Shown in pieces: positions 37,601 through 47,886 of a stretch of 64,000 bases of DNA; positions within the stretch are counted from its first letter, which is position 1, and every line of letters begins with the position of its first letter. The stretch is from an uncultured Ktedonobacteraceae bacterium (GTDB taxonomy: Bacteria > Chloroflexota > Ktedonobacteria > Ktedonobacterales > Ktedonobacteraceae): assembly GCA_964250765.1 (NCBI GenBank), contig CAXUHF010000016.1:192-64191 (forward strand). Direction: 5' to 3'. The notes under the pieces were generated by a model. The model was not told the DNA's origin. It worked only from the letters and a program-made list of their open reading frames with translations, and did not search any database. A program made the position numbers and the translations under genes.

Positions 37601-39322
37601 CTAACTATGGTTAGTATAGTGTCGAAGAAATAATTCTGTCATCGCTGTCGCAATCAACACTTTGTAATATGTCCGAATAGAGCGTTCACTGCTAAGAACT
37701 TTCTGTAGCTGTAGAGGGTCTATGATGCCTTGCTGAACAACCTGAGATGTAGGACTACTAAGCAATCGTGCGAGATAGGGAGCGAAGGAAATACAATACT
37801 CCTGACTGGGAACACTCAGCCACGCTCCTCGGCGATACCTTACTACTGACGGTGGCAAGCAACTTGCGTAGGCCAATCGAAGTACAGGTTTGACGACTTT
37901 CATGCCCTGAAAAGGAATGAGTCGATACGCGTTTGGAAGACTGGCCGATAGCTGTTGCACGGCTGCTTGATGATATGGATGAACAACACGAATACCATGA
38001 GGCTGCCAGATAGAAGTCTCCAGTGCTAAATCTTGTGGAGAGAAACGTGTTACATCGTAAAGAAGGTGGTCTTGGAAGGATCGCACTGTATGCTGACGGA
38101 AAAAAGGAACTTCTTGCGTTGCAGATTGACTATCGGTTGTTGAAGAGAGGCTGCTTTCGTTAATCAGAGAAGAGGATGTTCGTATACTTTTGAGAAGTTC
38201 AGGCAGTATCCAGTCAGTAGAAAGAGCACCACTCAGCATTGCGAGTTTTTCTTTTAAAGAGATAGGTGCAGAGAAGATATCATACAGACCATAGGAATAC
38301 TGAGGACCAAAGGAGATATCTCCGCCTCGCCCTGTAGTTAGAATGGAGATGCCATCTTTCTGCATCTGATCTGCTGCTTGCTCGAACCATCGCATACCAG
38401 CATGATTGTAAGGGTGTGGGAAACGCCAGTCTTCCGAGAGGTAATCACTTCCAATGCTCACGTGAATCGGGATAAATGGGATAGATAGAGCTTGGCAAAC
38501 TGCTTTTGCATAGGCTGACTCGTCGGCAGCCGTGTTTGAAAAGCTGAAATGGTACGCAACCACATCGGCTCCATGCTCTACAAGTGCAGCCGCGACTACC
38601 GAAGAATCAATTCCCCCGCTCAATAAGATACCTATCTTACATTGTAATGATGTGAGAGGACGCGTGGCTTCCGATACTGCCTCATGACACAGGACAGAGA
38701 GTTCTGGTAGGGCGACACGATGCGGAAGTGCTAAAGGTTTGATTTCGTCAAAAACAGCGTTTTGTACAGATAGCTGGTCAATACGCACTACCGTTCCAGC
38801 ATGTACACGCTCTATGCCATAAAAGACAAATATATCGTTTCCCATACAACACTGGACAAGAGCATTCGTGTCAATGTTCTGACTCGTGACAAGGTCACGA
38901 GGGTTAGTTGACCATTTGACGCTTCCATTGTGATGCGTATAAAAAATGGTGGTATTCGAGGTGCGGCTTTTGAAGAACCACACGGCGTCTAATGTAATGA
39001 AACAACCGCAATAGTCGCCAGATGGTAGTGCGTTAAGATGATTGTCTTTGAGGGCGTTCGTGATTTTTTCCACAGTAGCCAACACGTGGGCTGTAACAGG
39101 TAACACGAGACCCGCGAGAAACAGGTGTTCATCTGCTTTAAGCTGAGGAAGTGGTGCGAAGATATCTTGTTGTAGTGAGATGCTCTGTGCGGCTTGATTT
39201 ACCATGTATGGTATTGATGAAGGAGCAGTGTGCGTGTGACAATACGTTTTTACTTGTAACCCCTTCACAGGAAATTGGATGTATCCACAAAAGCCATCGT
39301 ATGCAAGTGCTCGTTGCACCAT
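37601..39322 (-). CDS. Lasso peptide cyclase C (asparagine synthetase B homolog)
   Basis: PP-loop motif LLSGGIDSSVVAA. AsnB-like length. Likely start at ATG 39322 after GAGGAAGG. The ORF extends to TTG 39337. Confidence 0.85.
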   Translation of the reverse strand: MVQRALAYDGFCGYIQFPVKGLQVKTYCHTHTAPSSIPYMVNQAAQSISLQQDIFAPLPQLKADEHLFLAGLVLPVTAHVLATVEKITNALKDNHLNALPSGDYCGCFITLDAVWFFKSRTSNTTIFYTHHNGSVKWSTNPRDLVTSQNIDTNALVQCCMGNDIFVFYGIERVHAGTVVRIDQLSVQNAVFDEIKPLALPHRVALPELSVLCHEAVSEATRPLTSLQCKIGILLSGGIDSSVVAAALVEHGADVVAYHFSFSNTAADESAYAKAVCQALSIPFIPIHVSIGSDYLSEDWRFPHPYNHAGMRWFEQAADQMQKDGISILTTGRGGDISFGPQYSYGLYDIFSAPISLKEKLAMLSGALSTDWILPELLKSIRTSSSLINESSLSSTTDSQSATQEVPFFRQHTVRSFQDHLLYDVTRFSPQDLALETSIWQPHGIRVVHPYHQAAVQQLSASLPNAYRLIPFQGMKVVKPVLRLAYASCLPPSVVRYRRGAWLSVPSQEYCISFAPYLARLLSSPTSQVVQQGIIDPLQLQKVLSSERSIRTYYKVLIATAMTELFLRHYTNHS

Positions 39323-39461
39323 CACGACCTTCCTCAAAAAAAGCTCTAGAGCAAATGGATTTTCTCAAGAAGCCAAAAGTGAAATAAAATGGCTTCATTT
39401 GTAGTCGGAGTTTTTGTGCCTGAGAGCACGAAAAACATAGATGAGGGAAGAGGCAACATGA

Positions 39462-39629
39462 CTATTTACGGTTGTCACTATAGCTATCGTATTCGCTCGA
39501 GTTTCCTCCTTGCCCAGTTTGCACCGTGATGTTACCGATAGAACGAATACACGGAGTGGTGAATGGAATCTTTTGAGACTCACGGTCTGCACCGCTCTTG
39601 GACGTTTCTAGTTGTTGAGTAGTGTCCAC
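39462..39629 (-). CDS. Putative lasso peptide precursor (A), 55 aa
   Basis: Hand-translated ORF below the 60-aa track cutoff, GTG 39629 to TAG 39462: MDTTQQLETSKSGADRESQKIPFTTPCIRSIGNITVQTGQGGNSSEYDSYSDNRK. The leader fits YxxPxLx3Gx5Tx spacing. An AGGGA SD lies 6 nt upstream. The ORF ends 139 nt upstream of the cyclase gene. Confidence 0.6.
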   Translation of the reverse strand: MDTTQQLETSKSGADRESQKIPFTTPCIRSIGNITVQTGQGGNSSEYDSYSDNRK

Positions 39630-40100
39630 GCTTTTTCCCTTCGTACTTTGTGCTTACTGCTGCTATTGTATCTAACCGTAATGATAAAGCAGCTAAGCAT
39701 CTGATGAAAAGTGTCCCAGCACGGTACACATTCTTCGTTGATTCCCCTTGGACAGTTAAGCCCTCTATTCAACGAAATAATGGAAACACCATCGTTTACC
39801 GTGTGGGTGCGAGCAGTCATTCAGGATATGCTTCTGTAAGCCTAGCAGACTCTTCGCACGAAAACCATACACTACAGCACGAAATAGGCACAGTGATGTA
39901 AGCCGACTTCGCGCTGTACTAGAAACAATTACTATAATTGAGTGGCAAAGGACTAAAAGTTTTTTTAGCATATATTACTGGACTTCAAGGCAATTTGGGC
40001 GTACAATTTTAAGTAGGTAGTACATCTGCTTGTCTATGAAGAGTGTAGAAAACGATTGAGGCATAAAGCAATTGGTGTCGAGAAAGGTGTTGTAGACGCT

Positions 40101-42163
40101 ATGGATAACGAGCAAAGAGGTCACTCGCGGACCAACGAAGACTTCGTGGTGAAGGTGTTTCTCTGTGGACCATTGCGTCTCCAGCGTCTTTGCGTAGACA
40201 ACAACCCAGAATCATGTATCTTCCTACCAAGACATTCCTCCAACAGAGTGGGGAGAGCGACCAGGACCAACCTTCAGCTTGCTCAAACTACTCCTCTGCT
40301 GTGAGAACCGCCACGCCTCCAAGACGTTTCTTGCTAGTACGCTCTGACCCGATTATGGCGAGAGAGAAGCACGACACAGTCTCAGTCAAGCAACACGAGT
40401 GCTCCGTTCCCTCCTCCGTATAGGTGAAGAGGACTCGAAGAGCGAGGGCAAAATGAAGAGTTTGCTCTACGAGTCGCCAGGAGGGGAAGGGTTCCAACTC
40501 GCCGATCAAACGTTGCTCTGGGTAGACATTGATGCCTTTGAAGATGCGATGAAGCAGGCCACTTATGCGGAACGTCACAATCAGAAGGAAGAAGTACGCT
40601 TTTGGTGGGAACGAGCATACGCGCTCGGCAGTTCGGGAAGCTTCTTGCCCGATGACCTGTATCGAGAATGGACCAATGCTCGTCGTCTCAGACACGAACT
40701 GCTGGTTCCCAGGTGTGCTCGTCGTCTGGCAGAATGTTATGTCGCTGAAGAACGCTATGGGGAGGCGGAAGCGGTCCTTCGCCCCTATTGGGCGACGCAT
40801 CTCACCGATGAAGATATTCTGATGCTCTTGATGCGGACGCTGCAAGCACAAGGGCTGGAACAAGAAGCCCTTCGCTGTTATGAGCAGAGTGTGCATGGGT
40901 TGGACGAGGAACTAGGGGTCAAGCCGCATACGTCTACTACGAACTTAGCGGACCATATTCGGGGGCAGCAACACGAGCGTGATCGCACTCCCACACTACA
41001 TTTTCCTTCTCTTACACAGCAGAATAAGATGTCTTTTCCCTTTTCACAGGCAGTTACACAGGATATAATGAAAATTGTTCGTGAACTAGAGGGAGCAACT
41101 GAATTGAAATCACAAAGTAGTGTTAACCGTCGTGCCGTGATTGCACATCTTTTAGGGTTGCCACCCGCGCTTTTTGCTTCAGATGGTCATGTGGTTGATA
41201 CTTTGACGGATGCAATGAAGTTTCAAGAAGAAACGCTATCTTCCTTGTATGAAGACATGCTCGTCATGGGATGGGATAGCTTTCGGCGAAGTAAATCCCC
41301 ACAAATTATTACGAGGATTGATGAGCATGTGAAAAAGCTTACCGCACTTGCTCGTTATGATTCAACAGGGGATACAGAGCACTGGCAATCACTCTTATGC
41401 CGTTTCAGCCAACTCTCCACAAGAATTGCACAACATCGTATGAATGAACCCCGCGCATTGAATATGGCAAAACAAGCAATCATGATTGCCATAGACCTTG
41501 ATGATGCTGAAGCTATTGCTTCTACGTTTTATGGGCGTGGAAGAGTACATATGGAATATAGTAATACCTCTACTGATGTCAAACAAAAGCGGAAACATTT
41601 TGATCTTGCAAAAGCAGACATTGATGCTGCATTGGGGCATGTCGAACGAGTACGTATACCACTTGCAGGAAACATTTATTTACTTGCTGCTGAAATTTAT
41701 GCACTGGTAGCTGGGTAATGATATGCTCCTTCGTACCCAATGTGAAAAGTGGCAAGACAAGGTTGCATTCTTTGTTGACAGCGAAAAGATCGAAGATGAT
41801 GGAACGTTTCTAAAGCTCAATCCGACAGCCTTGCATCACGAAAGAGCAAAGACCTTACTTCGGTTTGGTCGGATCGAGGATGCACGTCGTGAACTCAACA
41901 CAGCTTGGAAAACGCTCCAACCAAATCTTTTTACGTGGCACATGAATATGCATCTTACACAAGCGAGTCTATTTCTTGCTGAACACGATATTGAAGAAAG
42001 TGTACAATCAAGTCTCAAAGCATACACCCTAGCAAAGACAATCCATTCACACAAGGGAGAGGTAGAGGTACGGTATCTGCTTGAGCAACTCCAGCAACTT
42101 GATACATCACATTCCTCTGTCCGAAATCTCACAATGACCATAGAGGCGACTCATGAGCAATGA
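40101..42163 (+). pseudogene. Decayed SARP-family (wHTH-BTAD-TPR) regulator, paralog of 45870..47777
   Basis: The N-terminal wHTH region is spread over three frames (40056..40304, 40190..40423, 40399..). The BTAD/TPR body 40399..41718 is intact. A further frame change leads to 41723..42163. About 80% nucleotide similarity to the intact paralog by eye in the BTAD region. Confidence 0.6.
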
Positions 42164-43031
42164 ACAGAAAAACGTACTGGCAGATTTACGATATCCTCCT
42201 GAGTCTATAGATACCAGTGAGGGCAAATGGTCTCAATGGAGTTCCTTGCCGATGATTGAGATGAGCGCATTAGATACATATCACTTTGTGAAAGCAATGA
42301 TGCCACATCCAAGACAGAAGATACTAGAAATTGGTAGTGGGAATGGCTATTTATCACTTGAACTTGCTAGAGATGGTCATGAGGTTATCGGCCTTGACAC
42401 CTCGCAAGAGATCATTGAGGTTGCAGAAAGAACAAAAACTGCTCATTCTCCCACTTCTGAGTTTGGAAAATTGACCTACTATTGTGCAGATATTGGAACA
42501 TGGCAAGCAGAAGAAGGCAGTTTTGATGTCGTCATCATTAACCGAACGCTTCATCACTTGCATCAACTACAACCGCTATTAGCAAAGGTGCAACGTCTTT
42601 TAGCAAGCGAAGGACGGATCATTTGCCAAGACTACGCATATGATCGCTTGAATGAGCAAACAGCGAGTTGGATGTATTCAATGCAAAGAGTCTTGTTTTT
42701 GAGCGGTCTTTCTGACGAAGACCCAGCAACAACGGCTAATGATGCTCAATCTATTGAAGCTCTAAGAGAGGCGTGGTTCAAAAAATCGGAGCATCGCCTT
42801 AATCGTTACGAAGATATATTTCAGGCGTTCCAGACAAACTTCCACGAACAGTTTTCTTCCTGGGTACCATATCTTTTTGTCTATATTGGAAATGAAATTC
42901 GTCACACTACGCCTGAGAAAGAGCGTGCGTTGCTTACCTTTCTTAGAAACATGGAGCACCACTTGACCAAGGAAGGGACTATACAAGCTGTTGGCTTCCG
43001 TTATGTGGGAGGTGTCAATGCGACACATTGA
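42153..43031 (+). CDS. Class I SAM-dependent methyltransferase
   Basis: 292 aa. Motif ILEIGSGNGYLSLELARDGHEVIGLD. Confidence 0.8.
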   Translation: MSNEQKNVLADLRYPPESIDTSEGKWSQWSSLPMIEMSALDTYHFVKAMMPHPRQKILEIGSGNGYLSLELARDGHEVIGLDTSQEIIEVAERTKTAHSPTSEFGKLTYYCADIGTWQAEEGSFDVVIINRTLHHLHQLQPLLAKVQRLLASEGRIICQDYAYDRLNEQTASWMYSMQRVLFLSGLSDEDPATTANDAQSIEALREAWFKKSEHRLNRYEDIFQAFQTNFHEQFSSWVPYLFVYIGNEIRHTTPEKERALLTFLRNMEHHLTKEGTIQAVGFRYVGGVNATH

Positions 43032-43146
43032 TGTAGAACATTTCCGTTGATAAAAGTGCTTTTATTGGTGTTGTATGGTTCAAAAGAACAAAAACCTAGA
43101 AGGAGGAGTATATCTTCGCCAAACAGTGTAAAGGGCGCAACTTTTC

Positions 43147-43623
43147 ATGAAAAGCACGATATTAACATTGGGAAGAACGTTTTCTGTGACATTTGAACAC
43201 GGAAGAGATTTTTTCTCTGAACTCAACGAGTTTTGTGCAGTGAACGATGTCAAACAAGGATACATTCCTTTTTTTATTGCTGGTATGAGCGAAGTGGAAC
43301 TTGTAGGAACGTGTGAGAAAATTGAAGATAAAAATGCGCCGCTCTGGTCAAAGGTCTATCTGGAGAATGTGGAAGCTGTTGGAGCAGGCACATTGGCCTT
43401 TGATGAAGAGACAGGATACATTTCTCCTCACATTCATGTCTCTATTGGTCAAAAAACAGACTCTGCCGTCTCTCGCATGAGCCACCTCCTCAACGCCAAA
43501 GTCTTATTTTTAACCGAAATGGTTGTTGTCGAAGTCCTCAAGCCACATTTTCGACGAATTAAGAATCCAGCTTTGTACAATGTCGGCTTACTCTCTTTTT
43601 TAGAGGATAGCGAAATTTCCTAG
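43147..43623 (+). CDS. PPC/DUF296 domain protein
   Basis: 158 aa. GRDFFSELNEFCAVNDVKQGYI...ISPHIHVSIG resembles the PPC (DUF296) fold signature. Confidence 0.65.
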   Translation: MKSTILTLGRTFSVTFEHGRDFFSELNEFCAVNDVKQGYIPFFIAGMSEVELVGTCEKIEDKNAPLWSKVYLENVEAVGAGTLAFDEETGYISPHIHVSIGQKTDSAVSRMSHLLNAKVLFLTEMVVVEVLKPHFRRIKNPALYNVGLLSFLEDSEIS

Positions 43624-43744
43624 TTCGCCGTTTAATATAAGAACTAGCTCAGTATTGGGAGGAAACTCACATCTCTACTTGTTGTACGTCCTGCTATTAG
43701 TGCCTATTGGCTCTACAAACCATGTTATCCAAGCTATAAATGTC

Positions 43745-43778
43745 GGGAAAGCACATACATGTATATGTGCGCTTTCCC
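43745..43778. terminator. Hairpin between convergent DUF296 and tag genes
   Basis: GGGAAAGC...GCTTTCCC outer stem with an inner ACATA/TATGT pairing. A T-rich tract (aatttctgtttatt) follows on the plus strand. Confidence 0.5.
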
Positions 43779-43856
43779 AATTTCTGTTTATTCCAGTAGA
43801 GAGCGGCTCTACAAGATGTTTTACCTATATCTGTTCCTCAGAGGCCAGCAGCATTT

Positions 43857-44426
43857 TTACTGGTGTTCCAGCTCTTGCCAACGGTAACAAGTCACGATGT
43901 GATCGTTCACCATCCCAACGGCCTGCATAAAAGCATAGCAAATGGTCGAACCGACAAAGGTAAAACCGTGCTGCTTGAGTTCCTTACTCATCGTGTCCGA
44001 TTGCGTAGTACGTGCAGGGACTTCCTGCATCGTTTGCCAAGTGTTCTGCAGGGGATGTCCATCTACAAATCGCCAGAGAAAGGCGTCGAAACTGCCATAC
44101 TGGGATTGGACCTCAAGAAACGAACGTGCGTTCTGAATGGTGGCCTTGATTTTGAGCTTGTTTCGCACGATCTCAGGGTTTGCCAGTAGCTCCTGAACTT
44201 TCCGGTCATCATAGTGAGCGATTGTGTTCGCATCAAAGCCATCAAACGCTTCAAAATATCCATCGCGCTTTTTGAGGATGAGCGACCAACTCAAACCCGC
44301 CTGAGCCCCTTCGAGGATCAGCATCTCAAAGAGCTTGCGGTCATCATGAACAGGCACTCCCCATTCACTATCATGGTAATCGGTATATTGTTGGCTGGTT
44401 AAAGCCCAAGCACATCTTTGTAACAT
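43857..44426 (-). CDS. tag: DNA-3-methyladenine glycosylase I
   Basis: 189 aa. YHDSEWGVPVHDDRKLFEMLILEGAQAGLSWSLILKKR is the Tag signature. Confidence 0.9.
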   Translation of the reverse strand: MLQRCAWALTSQQYTDYHDSEWGVPVHDDRKLFEMLILEGAQAGLSWSLILKKRDGYFEAFDGFDANTIAHYDDRKVQELLANPEIVRNKLKIKATIQNARSFLEVQSQYGSFDAFLWRFVDGHPLQNTWQTMQEVPARTTQSDTMSKELKQHGFTFVGSTICYAFMQAVGMVNDHIVTCYRWQELEHQ

Positions 44427-44728
44427 GATGTCATCACTCCTTCTATCTCCTCGTTTCTACTGCAAACCCTAAACGGCTCCACTAGATTGTCTCGTTTACT
44501 CTACTCCAAACCCTAGCTCGCTCTACTGCAACGTCACAGGTGACAATATTAACGAAAATGGTCATATTTCTTACATCTATCATATCCTCTTGTGCATAAG
44601 CTATGTTATACTCACCATCAAAAGAAGACATTTGGCATAATATACTCTCTCCTCGCATATTCATGAGATAATTTACACTGTGTGAGGAGTTGTAAAAGTT
44701 GTGTTCTGCTCTCTATGTTCTATAAAAT

Positions 44729-45688
44729 ATGATGCTAAAGAGGTTTGTAATGCGTACTGTCGTTTCATCTTCTGTAAGAACAGGAACATTTAACGCAAAC
44801 TTTACACGGTCACTTCACTATTTTTGTACTGAAGCTACACAAAAGCTCACCTATCCAGGGTATTTTGACTCTCGAGCAAATTGGTATCGTCTTATCTCAG
44901 TAGATAATAAAGCTGTAACCATTATGGTATCTCCAGAAGGATGTATCCAGTGGGCATGTGAAGAAGCTATTGAGGATGTCAGAGTGCAGGATGTTGTCAA
45001 CCATCTCCTTATTTCGATGCTACTGCCAAAGGATGTCGAGAGGCAGCTTCCTCGTGAGTTAGAGGAACGCTTTCGCCCTCTCTCACCCCTTGTTCATATT
45101 CGTAGCCTCTCTCTTGGTGAAGCGGTCATAAAGGCGATTATTCGTCAGGTGATAACAGCGGGTCATGCAAAGAAGCTGACTGATTCATTCATTAGGCACT
45201 ATGGCACAAGACAGGTGCATGATGGCAGAGAATACTATGACTTTCCAACATTGGAAGCACTCACAAAAATTCCTCTTGAAGACTTACAAGCAGAGGGACT
45301 GGGGTTCAAGGCAAAAGTTGTTCGCTGGGCGGCTTGCAGCATGCTAGAAAACGATATGGAGGCAAAGATCGCTACAAGGACTCCAGAGGAAATACTCGAT
45401 ATGTTGACCTCAATAAAAGGCATCGGTAGGTGGACAGCACATGTTGCGATCTGTGATGTGCTTGCTGACTGGTCTCTCTATCCTTTTGAGGATTTAGCGG
45501 TCAGAACGTGGGCACGGAAGCTTTGGAGTGAGGTGCAGTGGCCTCAAGACGAACATGCGTTTGCAGCACTCTGGCAACAAATGCACGGAGAGCATACTGG
45601 CATTGTGACGTTTTACCTGCTTTCTTGTGCAGCAATTCCGGCAATTGTACAAACACCACAACAGGACATGCAGAAAGAAATTTTCTAG
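44729..45688 (+). CDS. HhH-GPD superfamily DNA glycosylase (AlkA-like)
   Basis: 319 aa. Helix-hairpin-helix IKGIGRWTAHVAI followed by a conserved Asp context (PFEDLAVR). Confidence 0.7.
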   Translation: MMLKRFVMRTVVSSSVRTGTFNANFTRSLHYFCTEATQKLTYPGYFDSRANWYRLISVDNKAVTIMVSPEGCIQWACEEAIEDVRVQDVVNHLLISMLLPKDVERQLPRELEERFRPLSPLVHIRSLSLGEAVIKAIIRQVITAGHAKKLTDSFIRHYGTRQVHDGREYYDFPTLEALTKIPLEDLQAEGLGFKAKVVRWAACSMLENDMEAKIATRTPEEILDMLTSIKGIGRWTAHVAICDVLADWSLYPFEDLAVRTWARKLWSEVQWPQDEHAFAALWQQMHGEHTGIVTFYLLSCAAIPAIVQTPQQDMQKEIF

Positions 45689-45869
45689 CACTCTCTATTT
45701 CGTATAAAAGCGACATGTTACGTACTTGAATAGTACTTGTTCTCCTGGATAGGCTTGTACATACTTGGCTATGGGTAAGACAGTGCTATAATCAGGCCGA
45801 GGAACATATTTCCTGAATATGCACGTTACATGAGCATCTCTTAGGAAAGTAGACAGACGTATACACCCA

Positions 45870-47777
45870 ATGGATATCGAAAAGGAAGTAGTTGCCATGA
45901 ACGAAACAGTACAACCGCATTCGCTCACCGATGCTCCTGTTTTCAAAATCTCTCTGTGTGGACCCCTTCACCTCCTCTATAAAGAGCGGATTGATGGTGA
46001 TGCACCTTCCATATACCGCGATATTTCTGCAACCGAGTTGGGCGAACGTCCAGGCACCACCCTCAATTTGCTCAAGTTGCTCCTATGCTGTGAGAACCGT
46101 CATGCGACCAAGACCTTTCTTGCAGATGCTCTGTGGCCTGAGTCGGGTGAGCGAGAAGGACGTCACAGTCTCAGTCAAGCCACGCGCACGCTTCGCCTTC
46201 TGTTACGGGTTAACACCGAGGAACCAAAGGGGAAGAGCAAGAGTCTCTTGTTCGAGTCGCTAGGAGGAGAAGGGTTCCAGCTTGCCGACCAGTCGCTCTT
46301 ATGGGTCGATGTTGATGCCTTTGAAGACGCGATGAAGCAAGCCACCCGCGCGGAACGCCAGAAACAGCAGGAAGAAGCGGTCATGTGGTTGGAACGAGCG
46401 TATGACCTGGGCAAAGCTGGTACCTTCTTGCCTGATGATATTTACAGAGAGTGGACCAATACACGTCGTCTCAGCCACGAGCTCCTTTTTCCCAGATGCA
46501 TTCGTCGGCTAGCAGAATACTACATCGCCGAGGAACGGTATGGCGAGGCCGAAGAGGTCCTTCGTCACTATTGGCTCACGCATTTGACCGATGAAGAGAT
46601 GCTCATGCTCCTCATGCAGACGTTGCAAGTACAAGGACTAGAGAAGGAAGCACTCAAATGCTATGAGCAGAGTGTAAGCGCATTAGATGAGGAACTAGGA
46701 GTCAAGCCTCAGCCGTCTACTACTGCTTTAGCAAATTTTATTCAAGAACAACAAAGAACACACAAACTCATTTCTTTTCCACATGTTTCTACAGTAATGA
46801 AAAAGGAAGAAGTACAGGTAGAAACGAATATACCAGTTAAAGCATTATCTGATAATGCTTATGACCATGATCAATTATTTAATGTTGAAGAGACCACGCC
46901 TGAGACGTTAGAGAGTTTTAGAACTTTGCTAGCTACGTGCCAACACCTTAGTGAAGGGAATAAACTCAAGGTTGCAGAGCGCATACTCTGGTCCTATCTT
47001 CCATATGTTGCGTCTCTCGCAAAACTTTCGTTAAGTGACCAGAGAACATCGGCAAATATTGCTTCACAAGGCTACTTGCTTGCAGCTTCTCTCGCCGGAC
47101 ACCGAAACGATCTTCACGCGAGACAGCAATTAAGCGAACAATCCTTACTGTACGGGAAACTAGCAAGCGACCGTAACTTACAAATTGCGGCGATACGAAA
47201 GCTAGCAATCACCTATGATTATTTGGGACGCCCAGACAAGATACTCCAAATCTATCAGCAAACTTTTCCATACTTAGAAGAAGTTTCTTCACTCTTACGT
47301 GCATGTCTCTATGCAGATATATCGGCTGCCTACGCTCAGTTGAATCAGCAGCAGGAAGCTCTCCGCTTCTTAGGACTAGCGTATGAGCATTTCCCTGAAA
47401 AGTATAATAACGAACCAAGTTTCCTTCATACCATTTGTAGATATTCTACACTCATCATTTGCGATGGACTGCATCACCTTCACTTTGGTCAACCGCATGA
47501 GGCAGCGAAAATCTTTGCTCGTATTGATGGGCTACAGCCAAAGGTAGCAATGCCAGAACGAGTTCGTATTGGTTTACTCAATTGCCAAGTAGAGGTTTTT
47601 ACTGAGTTAAAGAATATGGAACAAGCTACTCACTACCTCGAAGCTGCTAGCAAGGCATCTATCGCTATTGGAAGCGAAAGACGCTTTCAAGAGTCTTTCA
47701 CAGTCTTTCAGCAATTGCAAAAGACATGGAAAGATGAGCCGATGATCCGAAATTTAGAGAGCCTCTTTATTCGCTAG
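45870..47777 (+). CDS. SARP-family transcriptional regulator (OmpR-type wHTH plus BTAD plus C-terminal TPR)
   Basis: 635 aa. ISLCGPLHL...LLKLLLCCENRHATKTFLADALWPE...SLSQATRTLRLLL (wHTH). VDVDAFEDAMKQA...ERYGEAEEVLRHYW...LMQTLQVQGLEKEALKCYEQ (BTAD). TPR-like repeats follow. Confidence 0.8.
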   Translation: MDIEKEVVAMNETVQPHSLTDAPVFKISLCGPLHLLYKERIDGDAPSIYRDISATELGERPGTTLNLLKLLLCCENRHATKTFLADALWPESGEREGRHSLSQATRTLRLLLRVNTEEPKGKSKSLLFESLGGEGFQLADQSLLWVDVDAFEDAMKQATRAERQKQQEEAVMWLERAYDLGKAGTFLPDDIYREWTNTRRLSHELLFPRCIRRLAEYYIAEERYGEAEEVLRHYWLTHLTDEEMLMLLMQTLQVQGLEKEALKCYEQSVSALDEELGVKPQPSTTALANFIQEQQRTHKLISFPHVSTVMKKEEVQVETNIPVKALSDNAYDHDQLFNVEETTPETLESFRTLLATCQHLSEGNKLKVAERILWSYLPYVASLAKLSLSDQRTSANIASQGYLLAASLAGHRNDLHARQQLSEQSLLYGKLASDRNLQIAAIRKLAITYDYLGRPDKILQIYQQTFPYLEEVSSLLRACLYADISAAYAQLNQQQEALRFLGLAYEHFPEKYNNEPSFLHTICRYSTLIICDGLHHLHFGQPHEAAKIFARIDGLQPKVAMPERVRIGLLNCQVEVFTELKNMEQATHYLEAASKASIAIGSERRFQESFTVFQQLQKTWKDEPMIRNLESLFIR

Positions 47778-47886
47778 GGCTTGCTGTACCATGCGTATTG
47801 ACTGCTCTACCACTCTCCTGTGTTCAGGAAGTAAGGAAGGCTGGAATACATGAAAATAGTTCGTTCTATCTAGGCTCAGAAAACTT

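Noticed and set aside
39138-39398. 86-aa ORF overlapping the 5' end of the cyclase gene
   Set aside because: It is out of frame with a well-supported gene and shows no family signal. It is probably a chance ORF.
39395-39592. 65-aa track ORF between the cyclase gene and the upstream region, considered as the lasso precursor
   Set aside because: It has no leader motif and no Gly/Ala/Ser/Cys-plus-acidic core arrangement. The overlapping 55-codon ORF in another frame fits the lasso leader motif exactly.
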